A stretch of DNA of 64,000 bases from Octopus vulgaris (taxonomy: Eukaryota). The notes beneath the pieces were generated by a model, which saw only the letters and a program-made list of their open reading frames with translations, had not been told where the DNA came from and did no database searches. The DNA lies in assembly GCA_951406725.2 (NCBI GenBank), contig OX597830.1:4836001-4900000 (forward strand), in the 5' to 3' direction. Made by a program: the position numbers and the translations under genes. Positions 1 to 13,595 of this stretch are shown one piece after another (positions within the stretch are counted from its first letter, which is position 1; each line of letters starts with the position of its first letter).

Positions 1-1274
1 GATATGGTTAATTGTGTGTTGTATATTGAGCAGAAAAAACATCAAACTAGAAAGAAAAGTCTTGTAGATGCTGTCTATAATGAAGGAAAAAGGGTAAAAA
101 AATCTGCCAGAAATGTTTACCAAAAGGGTCAAAACAAAACAAAATAATCATTATTGGTGCTTACATGAGATTCATTTTCTGAAATATTTTTCTTTTGAGA
201 TTTTTTTCTCAATACAAAATGTTTGTCTTCTCCCATATTTTGGATATTATTTATTCTGTAGAATGCAAAGTTCCTAACGGACCACATTTGGTTTTCTGAT
301 CATAGTTCTAAATTACCATATTCTTTCTACTCATTCCTCTCCATTGTTCCATTCTCTATTCCACCCATTACTATACATGTCATCACTAGCTCCACATTTT
401 CACTTGTCACATTTTCTCCATTTACTCGAATGACCAATTGTATAAGATTGACATGTAACTAGCTTAATATTCACAGAATATTCCTCATTCTTACTTTGGC
501 AGAGCCATTGTTAACAACATATCATTTTCATGCATATTACCAACATTTCGTTTGTGCTAAGGCTTTCTAATCTGTATACATTTCAAAACGGTGAAACACA
601 AATTAACTTTCCATTTTCTTCTCTTTTCTTTGCCTTTATATTTCTAGTGTTACAAAAGCAAAAAAATAATGTTTGCTTATTTTGTATTCATGGTTTGCCA
701 AATTCTAAACAGATTCTCTGCAAAATGTATACTATCTCTTATTACTATTATCCCAAGGTGACTATTATTTCTTAAAGAACTACAGCATAATATAAGCCCT
801 GAAAATGTTTGTACATGTGTATATGCACATGTAATGTAAATGCAGAGTGGTGCGCCTTTTAGTTATTCCGTGGTTGGATCACTTTTTTTTTTTTCGTTGA
901 CAAGTTATTTCAATGATTACTGGTGATTCCTAAGTTGTCTATAATGTTATTTGATGGATGAAGAAGTTTCTGGCTTAAAAATTATTAATCATATAATTTG
1001 AATTTACTGGAATCAGTTTTTTCACATGGCCTGTAAATTTCTTGTCACTTATGAGGATAAATTTTATGAATAAAACATCAATTTCATCAACAAAATAATC
1101 TGGATTTGTGAGCATCCAATAATGTAATATAGACATGGCTGAAAGCTAGTGTCTACACAAGCATTCTTGAATACATACTCATAAATACATACATCTATGA
1201 TTGCTTGAATACACACACACACACACACACACATATGAGTGTGTGTGGCTGTTGATTGGTTTTTCTGGTTGTAA

Positions 1275-1506
1275 GGCGGCCAGCTGGCAGAACTGTTAAA
1301 ACGCCGGGTGAAATGTTTAGCCGTATTTTGTCTGCCCTTACATTCTGAGTTCAAATTCCGCCGAGGTCGACTTTGCCTTTCATCCTTTTTGGGATTGATA
1401 AATTAAGCACCAGTTACGCACTGGGGTCGATGTAATCGACTTAATCCGTTTGTCTGTCCTTGTTTGTCCCCTCTGTGTTTAGCCCCTTGTGGGTAGTAAA
1501 GAAACA
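1275..1506 (+). mobile_element. tRNA-derived SINE, family B (Nin/Deu-like core), full length with target-site duplication
   Basis: Head ggcggccagctggcagaa, B-box gagttcaaattcc, core gaggtcgactttgcctttcatcc. A 14-bp direct repeat GATTGGTTTTTCTG lies at 1254-1267 and 1507-1520. Related copies at 3475 and 49378. Confidence 0.9.
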
Positions 1507-1759
1507 GATTGGTTTTTCTGACTAGAAAATGTACCTAACAACACTACATTTTTGGTTACAAATCCATACTGTGTTTCTGACATTCCATACAAACATATTG
1601 ATATGTCTGTGAATCTGTGTGTTACATGTGTATATATATATATATGAATATTTGTACATCTTCAAATATGCATTTTCAAATGTGTGCATGTCTTTCATGT
1701 TATTCAAAGCCCTTAGATACACTTACATCATAAAAAGGATATTTTAGATATTTCATATC

Positions 1760-2177
1760 TTTTATGCTTTATCTGTTTCAGTCATTAGACTTTGGCCATG
1801 CTGGGGCACAGCCTTGAAGAATTTTAGTTGAATGACGATTGTACCTGTTGAACGAAAACTGTACTTGTTATCATTTGAAGCCTGATAGTTAGTCTGTCTG
1901 GTTTTTTTTGCCAAACAACTATGTTATAGGGAAGTAAATAAACCAACACCAGTTTTCAAGTAGTGGTGGAGGACAAATGCAGACACTCCCAGGCGCAAAG
2001 ATATCTAATATGTAAAAGGATGGGCTTCTTTCAGTTTCTGTCTGCTGAATCCACTCACAAGGCTTTAATCTGCCTGAGGCTATGGTAGAAGACACTTGCC
2101 CAGGGTGCCATGCTGTGGGACTGAACCCAGAACCATGTGGTTGGGAAGCAAGCAACCACACAAACACGCTTGCACCT
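1760..2177 (-). mobile_element. tRNA-derived SINE, family A
   Basis: Reverse complement of the element at 28593 and 59965 (ggttcagtcccac..., gggcaagtgtcttcta..., cagcatggcc...tgactgaaaca). Confidence 0.85.
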
Positions 2178-3474
2178 ATACATAAATTATTTTTGTTGAT
2201 TCTACTAAAAGACATGGGAGGTGTATATGTGAATTACTTCTAACATGTTCACCATGACAACTAAAATTGTGTGATGAAAGCACAACAAATAGATATTATT
2301 TGAAGGGATATACACTCACACACATACACACACCCAATGTGGATCCATGAATCGCACAGGTAGAAGTTCAAACGTTACTAAAAACCATGGTGTTGTTACC
2401 CTAAACGTGACATTATTCCACTTGAACAAGTTTGTTTGACTAACTGTAAACTGTCCACCGTTACTTTAGAGATGGACAATTAGCAAAGGGGACAGCATAG
2501 ATTCAGCTTTAAATAAATAATTGACTTGTAAGAATAAATTCAGCCCATGTTTGCAGAGAGATGTGTGTGTGGGTATGTGTGTGAGAGAGAGAGAGGATAT
2601 TGATAGATCATGGAAGAAAAGTTTGAGTGTGCATATTGGATATAGGAGCAGAAATGCCAAAAGAGTGAAATTAAGGGTCTGAAATGCAATTGTTAATTCT
2701 GAAGGACATAATGAAAATCCTGTAGAGTGGAACTGACTTTATCATGGAATCAAAATTGTGTTCTAAAAGACTTTCACCACAATATAAAGAAGTGATGAGA
2801 AATAAAAGAAACAGAATATAGAAGAGAAAAATACAAGCAAAGAAAGACATAAAACTTATAGTTTCTCACTGAAGAAGGATAAGTTTCCCAAACACTGGAT
2901 ATTTCACTCTGCACACAAAATTAATTCCTTGTAAGTTTCTTTCCTCTTCTCTGTAATCTACAAATTTTGATGGATTAATTTTTGCTGATACAGAACTATA
3001 TTGATGTGTTTGTTGATTGCTGGACATTGCTATCATGGCAGCGAGAGAGAGAGAGAGGGGGGAGGGAGAATTTATGCACTTCAGAGGAAATAATCACATC
3101 TAAGTTTTTGTTTGTTTGTCTATTTCTAGTCTGTAAGTTGGAGGTGTATTAGCTTCCTTGAGTTTCAGATCTTACATTTATATTTATTACAATTTTCTGA
3201 TCAATACTTACACTGGACAGCATGCAACATATATCTATGGGAATTACAGTTTAAAATTTCAGTGAATTAAGAAACCTATATGTGATTGCTTAGCTAGAAA
3301 TAGCAGCAGAATCTTCCTCAAATCAAAACTTATAATCTTAAAACAGAAAGAATGGATAAAATGAAAAGTATATGTCATTTAACTTGTTGACATCCAAACT
3401 GCTTATATTATTTAACTTATTGACATTCAGCTAATTGATGAGCTGTTTATAATATTTAACTCACTGACAATGCA

Positions 3475-3674
3475 GCGAGCAAGCAGAAACATTAGCATGC
3501 TGAGCAAAATGCTTAGCAGTATTTCGTTCTGAGTTCAAATTCCGCCGAGGTCAACTTTACCTTTCATCCTTTCAGGGTCAATAAATTAAGTACCAGTTGC
3601 ATACTAGGGTTGATCTAATCGACTGGCGCCCTCCCTAAAAAAATTTCGGGCCTTGTGCCTAGAGTAGAAAAGAA
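3475..3674 (+). mobile_element. SINE family B copy with an alternative tail, inside a short degenerate tandem repeat
   Basis: gagttcaaattccgccgaggtcaactttacctttcatcc core; flanked by atatttaactcactgaca and atatctaactcaatgaca. Confidence 0.85.
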
Positions 3675-4053
3675 TATCTAACTCAATGACATTCAGATAA
3701 TTCACAACCTGCTGATGACATCTCATTGATATCCAGCCAATTGAAAGATTTCAATCAACACCAAAGCACAGCTACCAAAACTTCTCAATGCATTATATTA
3801 TCTTCTTCTTTCCTTGGTTACGATAACAGCTTCTACCCTCATGAATCAGTTATTTGTATGTGCATCACCTTTGTTTAAGTCCACATGATGCACCCATCTC
3901 TCATTCTTTCTTTATCTTACTTGCCAAACAACATATTAAACACATAACAAGCTTAATCCTTCTTCTGAATTCCACTCTCCCAACAGAAATTTAAAAAAGC
4001 ATTTCAGCAGCATCTACCTAAATGGTTAAGGAAACTACATAAAGAGAATATTA

Positions 4054-4091
<38 letters not shown>

Positions 4092-4122
4092 TAATGGTAA
4101 TAATAATAATAATGATAATAAT

Positions 4123-4392
4123 ACCTCTGGAAACATGGGTGTTTCATTCAACATCCTTAAACAACCCTTATTCAGGGACCTTTTGAGCAGAATGGGTTAC
4201 TCAACCAGAAGAAAACTCTAACTGGGCCCCACCTGCAAGGTCATGTGCTGTTTATCTTGATATGAGATCACCATGTCGCACACATATGGTTGTGATGCAT
4301 GTGCCTGGTGTAACCTTATCAGACGCGTAGTCATGATGGCTTCGTATATTTTACCCCAGTGTCACTTTGATGGCATGCATTGCTCTCTCACT
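4123..4392 (+). mobile_element. 5'-truncated copy of the (AAT)n-embedded ~520-bp non-coding element (family D)
   Basis: Matches the 3' half of 27235-27755; (AAT)n on both sides. Confidence 0.85.
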
Positions 4393-4435
4393 TAATAATA
4401 ATAATAATAATGGATTAAATAATAATTTTATTATT

Positions 4436-4943
4436 GAACCAGAGAGCAGCACATGCCACCTAAGTGAAACTTGGGCACAAATATAGGAAGAATAACATAC
4501 CACCATCATGACTACCCATCTGAAAAGAGTAGATCAGGCACCATGTATCACAACTATGTATACATGACATGGTGATCTCATATGATAAACAGCTCCTGGC
4601 CTTGCAAGCAGGGCTCAGTTAAAATCACTTTTCAGGTTGAGCATCCCATCCCACTCCAAAGGTCGCTGAATAAAGTTTGTTTAAGGAAAACGAACAAAAC
4701 ACCCATGTTTTCAGGGGGGAATTATTAAAACCCCAAAGAATATCCTCTCAACACTGAGCTGTGATGTTCCCCCACTACTTCTTCTCATGATTAGTGATGC
4801 ACATATTGTCAGCCACTTAGAGACATGCTCAACTGATTGAGGTCAAACAAATCTTTATTTCTTGCAGCCCACGTACATGATAACACTTCCAATCAGTTAA
4901 GATCAGAAGCCATGTGAGCCACTGCCAGATACTACATCATGGC

Positions 4944-4946
<3 letters not shown>
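4436..4946 (-). mobile_element. Full-length, diverged copy of family D element
   Basis: Reverse complement of 27235-27755; abuts the (ATT)n run at 4947-5001. Confidence 0.85.
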
Positions 4947-5001
<55 letters not shown>

Positions 5002-8000
5002 TCTAGCATAGAAATAAGGGCACAAATTTGAGGGCAAGAGTAAAACTGAATATTTCCACCCCAGTAACTCTTTTATTTTATCGTCCCTGGCAAGAAGATA
5101 AGCCACAGAACAGAAAAATTAATTCTTGTCCCATTATAGCTGAAATATTATATCCAGTTAAATAGCCCAGATAAATTAAGAACTTTACTAATTAGTATCA
5201 GCCGTTGCCTCTAAAATTAAATATTTAACATTCTCTATGATCTACCTGTATTTCATTCTGAAAGTTAATTGGCCATACACCTATATGATACTTAACTAAA
5301 CTAACATTTGAAATACTGATACCCGTGTTGTTACAAATGGTTTCTTTTTGTGGATTAACATAATTTCAGAAGTCATAAGTTATTACAAATGCAAAATAAT
5401 TATTCCTCAGTTAGGTTAGTTTTAATTATTTGGTCACACTCACACACACACACACACTGAAAAATATAAACTTGTGAGGTGAGGTAAGACAAACAAATAA
5501 GTAAATATTTACTTGTTTAAAACGTCTTCCAAATTAAAAATAAGTAATTTTTATTCGTTACACTTAGGGAGATGCTCAAGTGTAGACAGTTGTCGTCATC
5601 ATTCCTTTCGATTGCTGTAAAAATGATTACAAATTGCTCAAAGAATGCATCTAATTGTATCGAGACTGAAGACTTAACACATAATTAGTTTATAAATTTT
5701 GCTATTCTGCAGAAAATTATTTAATTCTTCCTATTGGAATATAACAAACTGTAAAATAGATATTTCAATGCATCATCTTATGATCTCTTCTAATAAGAAC
5801 TAGTACAATTCACTGAAAATTATTCATTAAAAGTAGAAACTGAACGTGTCTGACATTTCCAATATATTTTCCAAACTCACACACGCATCCTATCCTATAC
5901 TGCATTTGACTGTATCTTTTACATACATGTATTCATACTACGATATTTGGTTTTCTCATCATCTTTATCAATGATAATAAAATAACAATGAAAGAATACA
6001 CCCAGTACTACTATATTGAAACCCCTAACTCACCCATCCTTGTCCATGTTTTACTGATTCAAGTAGCAGAAGTTTCAGCTGAAGATGCAATCATACCAAC
6101 ATTACTAGAACAGGAGGTTTTGCATATACCTAATTCGAAGTTGGGGTTCAATTCTCACTTGAGTAATCATTCTTCTTTCATGCACCTTTCATTAAAATAA
6201 TCTTAGATAAGTTAGTCATTTTGTTTTAATTCCATAATCTTCAACCTTTTGACACAAGAACACAGGATTTTATTAGAAGTAAATGAAAGTAATTTCAGAT
6301 GATGATGCCATTTTCATGCCATATCAATCAGATGCTATTATTCGATATTGAATCATTATTACGGTACATCAAGAGAAACTATTGTTGCATTAGTTGATTC
6401 TTAGAAATAAATTCTTGAAATAAAACTACTCACTCTGAATGTCTGCTATTATATTAATATTTTCAGTCAACCTAAGATCTTATGATTCTAACAAATTGTT
6501 TCTTCAAAGGCCGGTTTCCATTTCAAATCTTATTGCAATCTTTATGCAGATAACTTATTTTGCTCTTACAATAATTCAAATTATAACCAAAATGTATATG
6601 CCATCCTTAGAAATATAGTCCTGTCACAAGATAGGAAAAGTTGCAATATATTTTGGAGAAAATGCTTGTCAATTTATGTAATAAACTACTTTTGGTTCAG
6701 ACAATCATGACAAAATGCCAGAGAGGTTTATGAAATGCTTCAGCCATGGCATATAGCTTTTTACAATGCTGAAATTTTTCTCTCTTTCAAATTTCTATGA
6801 ACCAGGAATGAAATGTTAAAGGCTGCTTTTACTGAAATATTTTAAAAACATATTTGCAGCAAAATCTAAGATATTTATTGTATGAATTATGTTTTCTCTG
6901 AAATTCAAATAACAGATTAAAAAGTATAACAAAACTGTTAATCAAGAATTGCATCATTAGATTTGAGCTCTGCAAAGAAAAGCGATTCTACATCTGGTAT
7001 TTTAATATAATTTTTAAATGCCGGTATCCTTGGTTCAAACTCAGAATTTTCAAATACTTCACTGTTCATTTCAAAGAATTTCATTAACAGTTCTTTTTAT
7101 TGAAGGTAGAAAGCTATATTCCTTTTACGAAATTAATAAATTTTAAAATATAAATTCTATGAATGTTATGAAAGAGTTTTGAGAAGTAATAGATGAATGT
7201 TTTTGTAAGGGTGTTTGTTGTTGAAACTAATATTGTTGAACTTAAAATCAGGTTTTAGAAGAAAATGCACACTGAATTTGTTAATATTATATATTATGTT
7301 ATAGCAAATTTTCATATTAGAAGAGCCAAAATTACATTGGAAATTTAGAATCTTTCAGAAAATTTGTAATTATATATATTATACCTATATTTCCTAAAAT
7401 TCATTCATTTTAAATCAGTACTTTTTTTCTCTGATTTATGCTAATTTGTGTCTTTTTTAAAAATTCTACTTCAAAGTTAATCCCTGATGTGGATAAATGT
7501 ATACTTGCACATATATTGAGTTTTATCGATTTCTGTGTTATAGAAAGAATAAAACTGTTGAAAGACTTGCTTTTGAAACAAATTACAAACAACTAAGAGA
7601 ATGATATTTAGCAATACTCAACTGGTGGATATATTGTCATACGTTTATGATATAGAAAAATGTCTGTAAAAAAAAAAAGTTATAGTGATTATCAAAAGTT
7701 CTTGAATAAATATTATAAAGAACTGGAATTTATAAAAGGTAGAGGCATAAAGAAATGTTCAGTTGATTCCAAGCCACATGGTTCTTGGTTCATGTCACCA
7801 TAGTCTGGAGGTGACCCAATGCCTTATGAGTAAAGTTAGGGTGTCGGAAACTGGCTTCACATGCCATATCATCATCACTTTTAGGTCCATGCTCTCAGCC
7901 TTGCCCATAATGGCAGAGGGGCAATAAACACACATATACATGCATACATATACAAACTTATATGTGCATACATATGTATATTATGTAAGTACCAAGTTGA

Positions 8001-9250
8001 ACAGCACCAACACCTGGTGGTACCTTTAGCGAAGCCCTCACACACACTCAGTTTAACATCACAGCCTAATTTTTGGGTGTCTTTAACAAAGTTCACTCTA
8101 TCAACCAGTTTAACACCACCACCACCCAGTCCTTCAGTATTTTTAGCAAAGCTGATGATTCTCCCAGAGGTATACAGAGCAGAGCTCTGGTCTGAGAAAA
8201 ACTTCCCATTTCCACCCATTAGTCTTAGAGGCACTAAGAAAAAAGGTCAAAGATTTTACTTCACACTGACTGATTAAAAAAGAAATCTTAAGTATATAAT
8301 TAGCATCACTTTAGCATTTGGATTCTAAACTTCAAAACCCAAAACTGCATCGTTATTATCTTATCTAGTGATACTACATTTTATTGAGTTAATAACTTTG
8401 CTTTCAAGAGTATTTTATTTTCATATAATGGAAAATATTAACATTATATTCTAAAACATAATATTGAAATACTACATTTCAAGTTGTTTTATGAGTGTAA
8501 TAAAAAGAACTATGGACCATTTTTGTTTTACTGCTTCCAGTATTGGTTTATTCCATTCACTATCAATTGAAGTAGAGCATTGTCACAAATATCTGTTGTG
8601 CAATCAACATATTTATATTCAGTTCAGATTTTTGTTACATCTGTTTCTTAAATGAATGGAATGTAGGAGAAACCGTTTGTAATTTGAACTTGAAAACACA
8701 AAAAGATGAACATTTTCGTAAAGCCGTGAACGGCAGCATTTAGATCTGATATCTGTCCTTGGTTACTATTACGTGGCTATAGGAAGTGGCTGTCATATTT
8801 AAAACTGCTATTTCTTCATAAATGGCTGAACAAAGCATACTGTTCTGCTTGACTAGCAGCAGGCCAAACTTTTATTATTTGATTCTTGTATTCAGCCTTC
8901 AGAAATAACTTCATATAATAATAAACTTGGACACAGTCTCTCATGTGACTCTCATGGCTTCTGATCTCAACTGATTGCAAGTGTTATCATATACCTGCTT
9001 TGTATTGGTGCATAGCAGGTACTTATTTCATTGACTCCAAATGGACGGAAGGCCAAATTGACCTCAGCAGAATGATGATGATGATGATGATCTTTTCTAC
9101 TATAGGCACAAAGCCTGAAATTTTTTGAGAGCGAGGATTAAGTCATTTATATTGTACTGCTCAATCGGTAATTTTATTTTTAACCTGAAAAGTATGAAAG
9201 GCAAAGTCAACCTTAGTGTAATTAGAACTCAGTACATAAAGCTGCAAAGT

Positions 9251-9297
<47 letters not shown>

Positions 9298-9689
9298 TGA
9301 TGATAATGATAATAATGATAATAATAATAATAATAAATAATTACAATAATTAAATAAAACTTATAAGCAGTAAAATTGAAAAAGTAATTTAAATTTTTCA
9401 TCTTGTATCTGCTTCTATTTTACAAGTATTTAGTGTAGTGAAATCAATATTATATATGTGATAGTAGCTTCTCCATAATTTCCTGCTAGGAACCATAAAA
9501 AATATATGAAGAAAGATAAGCAACAGATGGAAGTGTTCCAGTATTTTGACGACTAAAAATATCTGCAATTATTTATCTGAAAACTTCTTTTTTATCCATC
9601 TATGTCTCTTAAATGCACGGCAACACATTTCAGACGGTTTTATTGTAACTTTTTTCTTTTGCTGAGGGGAAATTATCTCTGACTATTAT

Positions 9690-9691
<2 letters not shown>

Positions 9692-9736
<45 letters not shown>

Positions 9737-9781
9737 TGTGTGTGTGTGTACCTACATATATGTATGTATATACATATATAC

Positions 9782-9823
<42 letters not shown>

Positions 9824-9866
9824 ATGTGTCTATTTATGTATGTATACATCTATGTGTGTATAAATG

Positions 9867-9897
<31 letters not shown>

Positions 9898-9948
9898 GTA
9901 AGTGTATATATATATGTGTGTGTGTACATGCGTGTGCATATATATATG

Positions 9949-9987
<39 letters not shown>

Positions 9988-10032
9988 TTCATGATGATTA
10001 TATATGCATATGTGTGTGAGAGTATACACAAG

Positions 10033-10064
<32 letters not shown>

Positions 10065-10138
10065 TACATGGCTACATATATTCATGCACATACATAAAAT
10101 CACACAAATATGTGTGTGTGTGTGTGTGTGTGTATGTA
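9692..10138. repeat. Compound (TA)n/(TG)n microsatellite
   Basis: Directly visible. Confidence 0.95.
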
Positions 10139-12633
10139 CATCCACAGAAAGATATACACACCCACCTAACCCACATATATGTGCTCTTTCGATTATAAAT
10201 GATCACAAGTTAAAGTTTTAACTATGCCATAAGTGAAACCACTATCAAATATTATGAATAATACTGGAGCTTTTATTATTCCTGTCAAAACCAAGCTTCA
10301 TAAAAGTTTATAATTTTCTTTTTTTTTTACATTTCATTGCACAAATAATGCTAAATGAATAGAGGGAAAGTAGAACTTTGAAGATTAAGACAACTTTTAA
10401 ATATAATTTGTCTTTTTTAAAAATTTTAAGACTTTAAAAGATTCTTGGTTCAGAGATTAGTCTCATTTTCTAGATATTAAATAAAATAAAAATATTCCAA
10501 GATTCAGTATTTATTAATTTCTATTTTGTTTCTTTGTTTTGATAATTCTTTTTCTCCCCGCCCCCTAGCCACCCACCCCCATCTTAGCAAAAGAGAAATG
10601 CTCATCGTCTAGTGTAGATTGAATATTTTAAATTGTGAACTTAGCACTTAAACTCTAGCTTATCTACAACTTCTTACTACCACATTTTTCATGTGGAAAT
10701 CATTGGTTTAATGTTTTGAAAAAGTTAACTCAGAAAAAAGTCCAATTTTAGAAATTTTGTTTTCAATATTTAATTAGGAGGGAAGCCACTGCCTGTGACC
10801 CTGCACAGGGCCTCTGAGACCAGGGGTTAATGAAGTTATCCTCAAGTTGAAGACTGAGAACAAATGATTGCTACAGAATGAATTCCCCTAAAGGTAGATT
10901 AGGTTAGAGACGTTAAACTGGGCAACAGAGAATATCTATCACCCACAGAGACCAACAGCCAAAATTAATACTGCAAAGGATCTAGTCTGACATTCTTATA
11001 GTTCCATCAATCTGCCATTCTCGTTGAGACTTCTTAATTATCCAGAAAAGGATGAGAGGCTGGATTAGAACTCAGGGCACAGAGCATTGGAACAGACTGC
11101 CAATTCACCACATTACAGAAATAAACCTAAAGTCAAGTTAAAACTAAACCCATCTTCTAACATTTATATTTCTTTTCTTCTTTTAACATTGATCATATCA
11201 AAGCTGGTCCATTTAATTATATTTAATTAATTATGTTCCAGCTGTCACTGGGAGGTATACAAATCCCTGAAATGTATAATTTTCTAAGTTCCAATGAAAG
11301 GCTCTCTTACAATCGTTTCACAAAAATCATTTATTCCAGTTTTAGATTCCAAACAGCCTGATGCCTCTATATCTTGTTTGTTTATTCACCAATTTACTGT
11401 TTCGTTCCCCCTGTTCTCCTTTCTTTTCCTGACATTCTCATGTTTACTTTTGTGAATTATTGTGTTCTTTTTCATTGCACTCTTGCTGTGAATATTCTAA
11501 GTTTGAAAGAAAAGCACAAGCTCTAGATCATCTACAGCATTTCAAAATAGAAAAGAAGGAAATGTATCCCATATAGGGTTGAATGTGGGTATATTTTCTT
11601 GTTCTTGATGGAAGTCATAAAAAAATAGATGAAAAACAAAAAATTAATCAACATTTGATCAACGTACCTGGAATACATGTTTGTCATCTGCAGCAAGTTT
11701 AAATATTTACTTTATTTTCTATGGAAAATGATGCAACAAAAACACCAACGAATTTTAAAAAGCATCCCATACACATTCTTACAGCCTTATATGCAACCTC
11801 AAGTAACTGGCACTAACTGAATCATTGGTAAATAAGAAATTCTTCTAGTTGTGTTTAAGATTGAAGGACAAGAAGAAAAAACAACTACAACAAAATCATT
11901 TAATGGAAATTTTGAAAATATATAGGAAATAGATTCTGAGAATGGATCTTGTTTATCAAGTAAACTAATGAAAGTAGTGAACATGTTTCAGGCTTATTAG
12001 ACCTCACTAGTGATGTCCATTGTAGTCAGTTGGTGAGACTTAGAGTTTGCATGCACATATATACACATATATATTACTTGTTTTAGGCAAAGGCTGTGGT
12101 CTTGTTGGGCCACCAACACAGATGACTATGTGTACATATAATGTTGATGATGGCAACAACAACAATAATAAAAATATTAATGATATGTTTGTGATTTAAG
12201 CACACCCCATACTTAATGTTATTTAATCAACCTGAAAAGATGAAAGCCAAAGTTAACCTAAGTAGGATCTGAACTCAGAACTTAAAAGGCTGGAACAAAT
12301 GCTGATCACCATTCTTATAATTCTATCAATCCACAGCAAAAACATGTACAACAAGGAAGGCAGATGTAAATGATGTTGATACTAAACAAGTGTATATAGA
12401 TGCAAGCATATGTGATATATCTATATATATATGTATATAGATATATGCACACACACATATGGATATCTATACCTGTGTAAATATGTAATATTGAATTAAG
12501 ACTTATTTTGTTACGAAACAAAAAAAAAAACGGGTGCTGTTTGTTGTTTTGTTCTTCACACCTCCCACCCCATGTCTACATTTCAATTTGTCATTTAAAC
12601 AATGTGTAACAAAGAATATTATTTTTACTTCAG

Positions 12634-12891
12634 AGATTGCTGGGAGACAGGAATAGTTCATGCTGATTACCAAAGTTGTGTATTACCTCAAGACTGTATA
12701 GTTTCAGAATGGATGGGATGGAAAGCTTACAGTGATGGTTGTCAAACTATTGATGGAGTAATATACAAATCGCATGTTATAAGAAAACGGAAAATTTTAC
12801 AAATGCCTCTTGGTGATGGAGCTAAGTGTCCAAATCTAGAAGAGATTCAAGAAAATAATACGGCAATCAGAAGGCTCAAACGCTGCCCTAT
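12634..12891 (+). CDS. Internal coding exon of a thrombospondin type-1 domain-containing protein 7 (THSD7A/B)-like gene
   Basis: Acceptor ttttacttcAG ends at 12633 and donor GTAAGT starts at 12892; 258 bp, phase 2 at both ends. Translation DCWETGIVHADYQSCVLPQDCIVSEWMGWKAYSDGCQ...RKRKILQMPLGDGAKCPNLEEIQ...RCP matches the F-spondin-type TSP1 pattern (DCxVSEWxxW...RxRxIxxxPxGxxxxCPxLEE) as I recall it from THSD7 proteins. Orthology not tested. Confidence 0.85.
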
Positions 12892-13071
12892 GTAAGTAAA
12901 TGATAATATTTCTACAAACAATATATTTCGGTGTCACTTCAACTGCCCTGAACACAATGCTGTAAACGTTGGTTTTGAAACAAATTACAAAATTAATTTT
13001 GATTTTTGCTCAATCATAAATCTAAAAACTCATGGTTTTTGTCCATGTTTTCTTTCTTTTTATCTCATTAA

Positions 13072-13243
13072 CTCTTTTAGCATTCAAACCAGCCATATCC
13101 AACCTCTCACACCTACTTTACAATGTTCTTCTACAAATAAACAATCACATCATCAAACCCTCAAAGTTACGAGATAATCCAGGATTAATTCAAAATAATG
13201 TGGATAAATAAGGATTAGTTTTGACATTTTGACAGCAAAAGGG
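13072..13243. mobile_element. TTAA-flanked MITE (piggyBac-like termini)
   Basis: TTAA|ctcttttagc ... gcaaaaggg|TTAA: short imperfect TIRs, with TTAA at 13068-13071 and 13244-13247. Confidence 0.6.
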
Positions 13244-13595
13244 TTAAAGTTATATATCCTGTAAATAATAATAATGGTATTTATATAACAATATAACAAT
13301 ATATACATCTCTCTAAAATTGCTTCCTTGATTTTTATCACAGTCAAATAACTTCAGTTTCTGGAGGCAGCCTCTACTCAAATTCAGCTGCAATTTCCTCT
13401 AACGATGATGAAATGAGATAAGGTTCCCTTTGTATGTTTCTGCTTTTGTCTATCATAAATCAATCAAAATGGTATTACTTGTCACTCATCCTTGGATAAT
13501 AATTTGAAAATATATCAAATTTTGTCAGACTCTATAATGCATGAAAAAGTGAAAGAATAATGGTTGAATCACACAGACCATAGCAAACTTCATTT

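Noticed and set aside
4878-4912. Resemblance of the family D 5' part to U2 snRNA (atcagttaagatc)
   Set aside because: The match is too short and there is no Sm site or U2 5' end.
9742-10221. Long YI/CV-rich ORFs (also 21637-22104 and 51804-52261)
   Set aside because: They are translations of (TA)n/(TG)n microsatellites.
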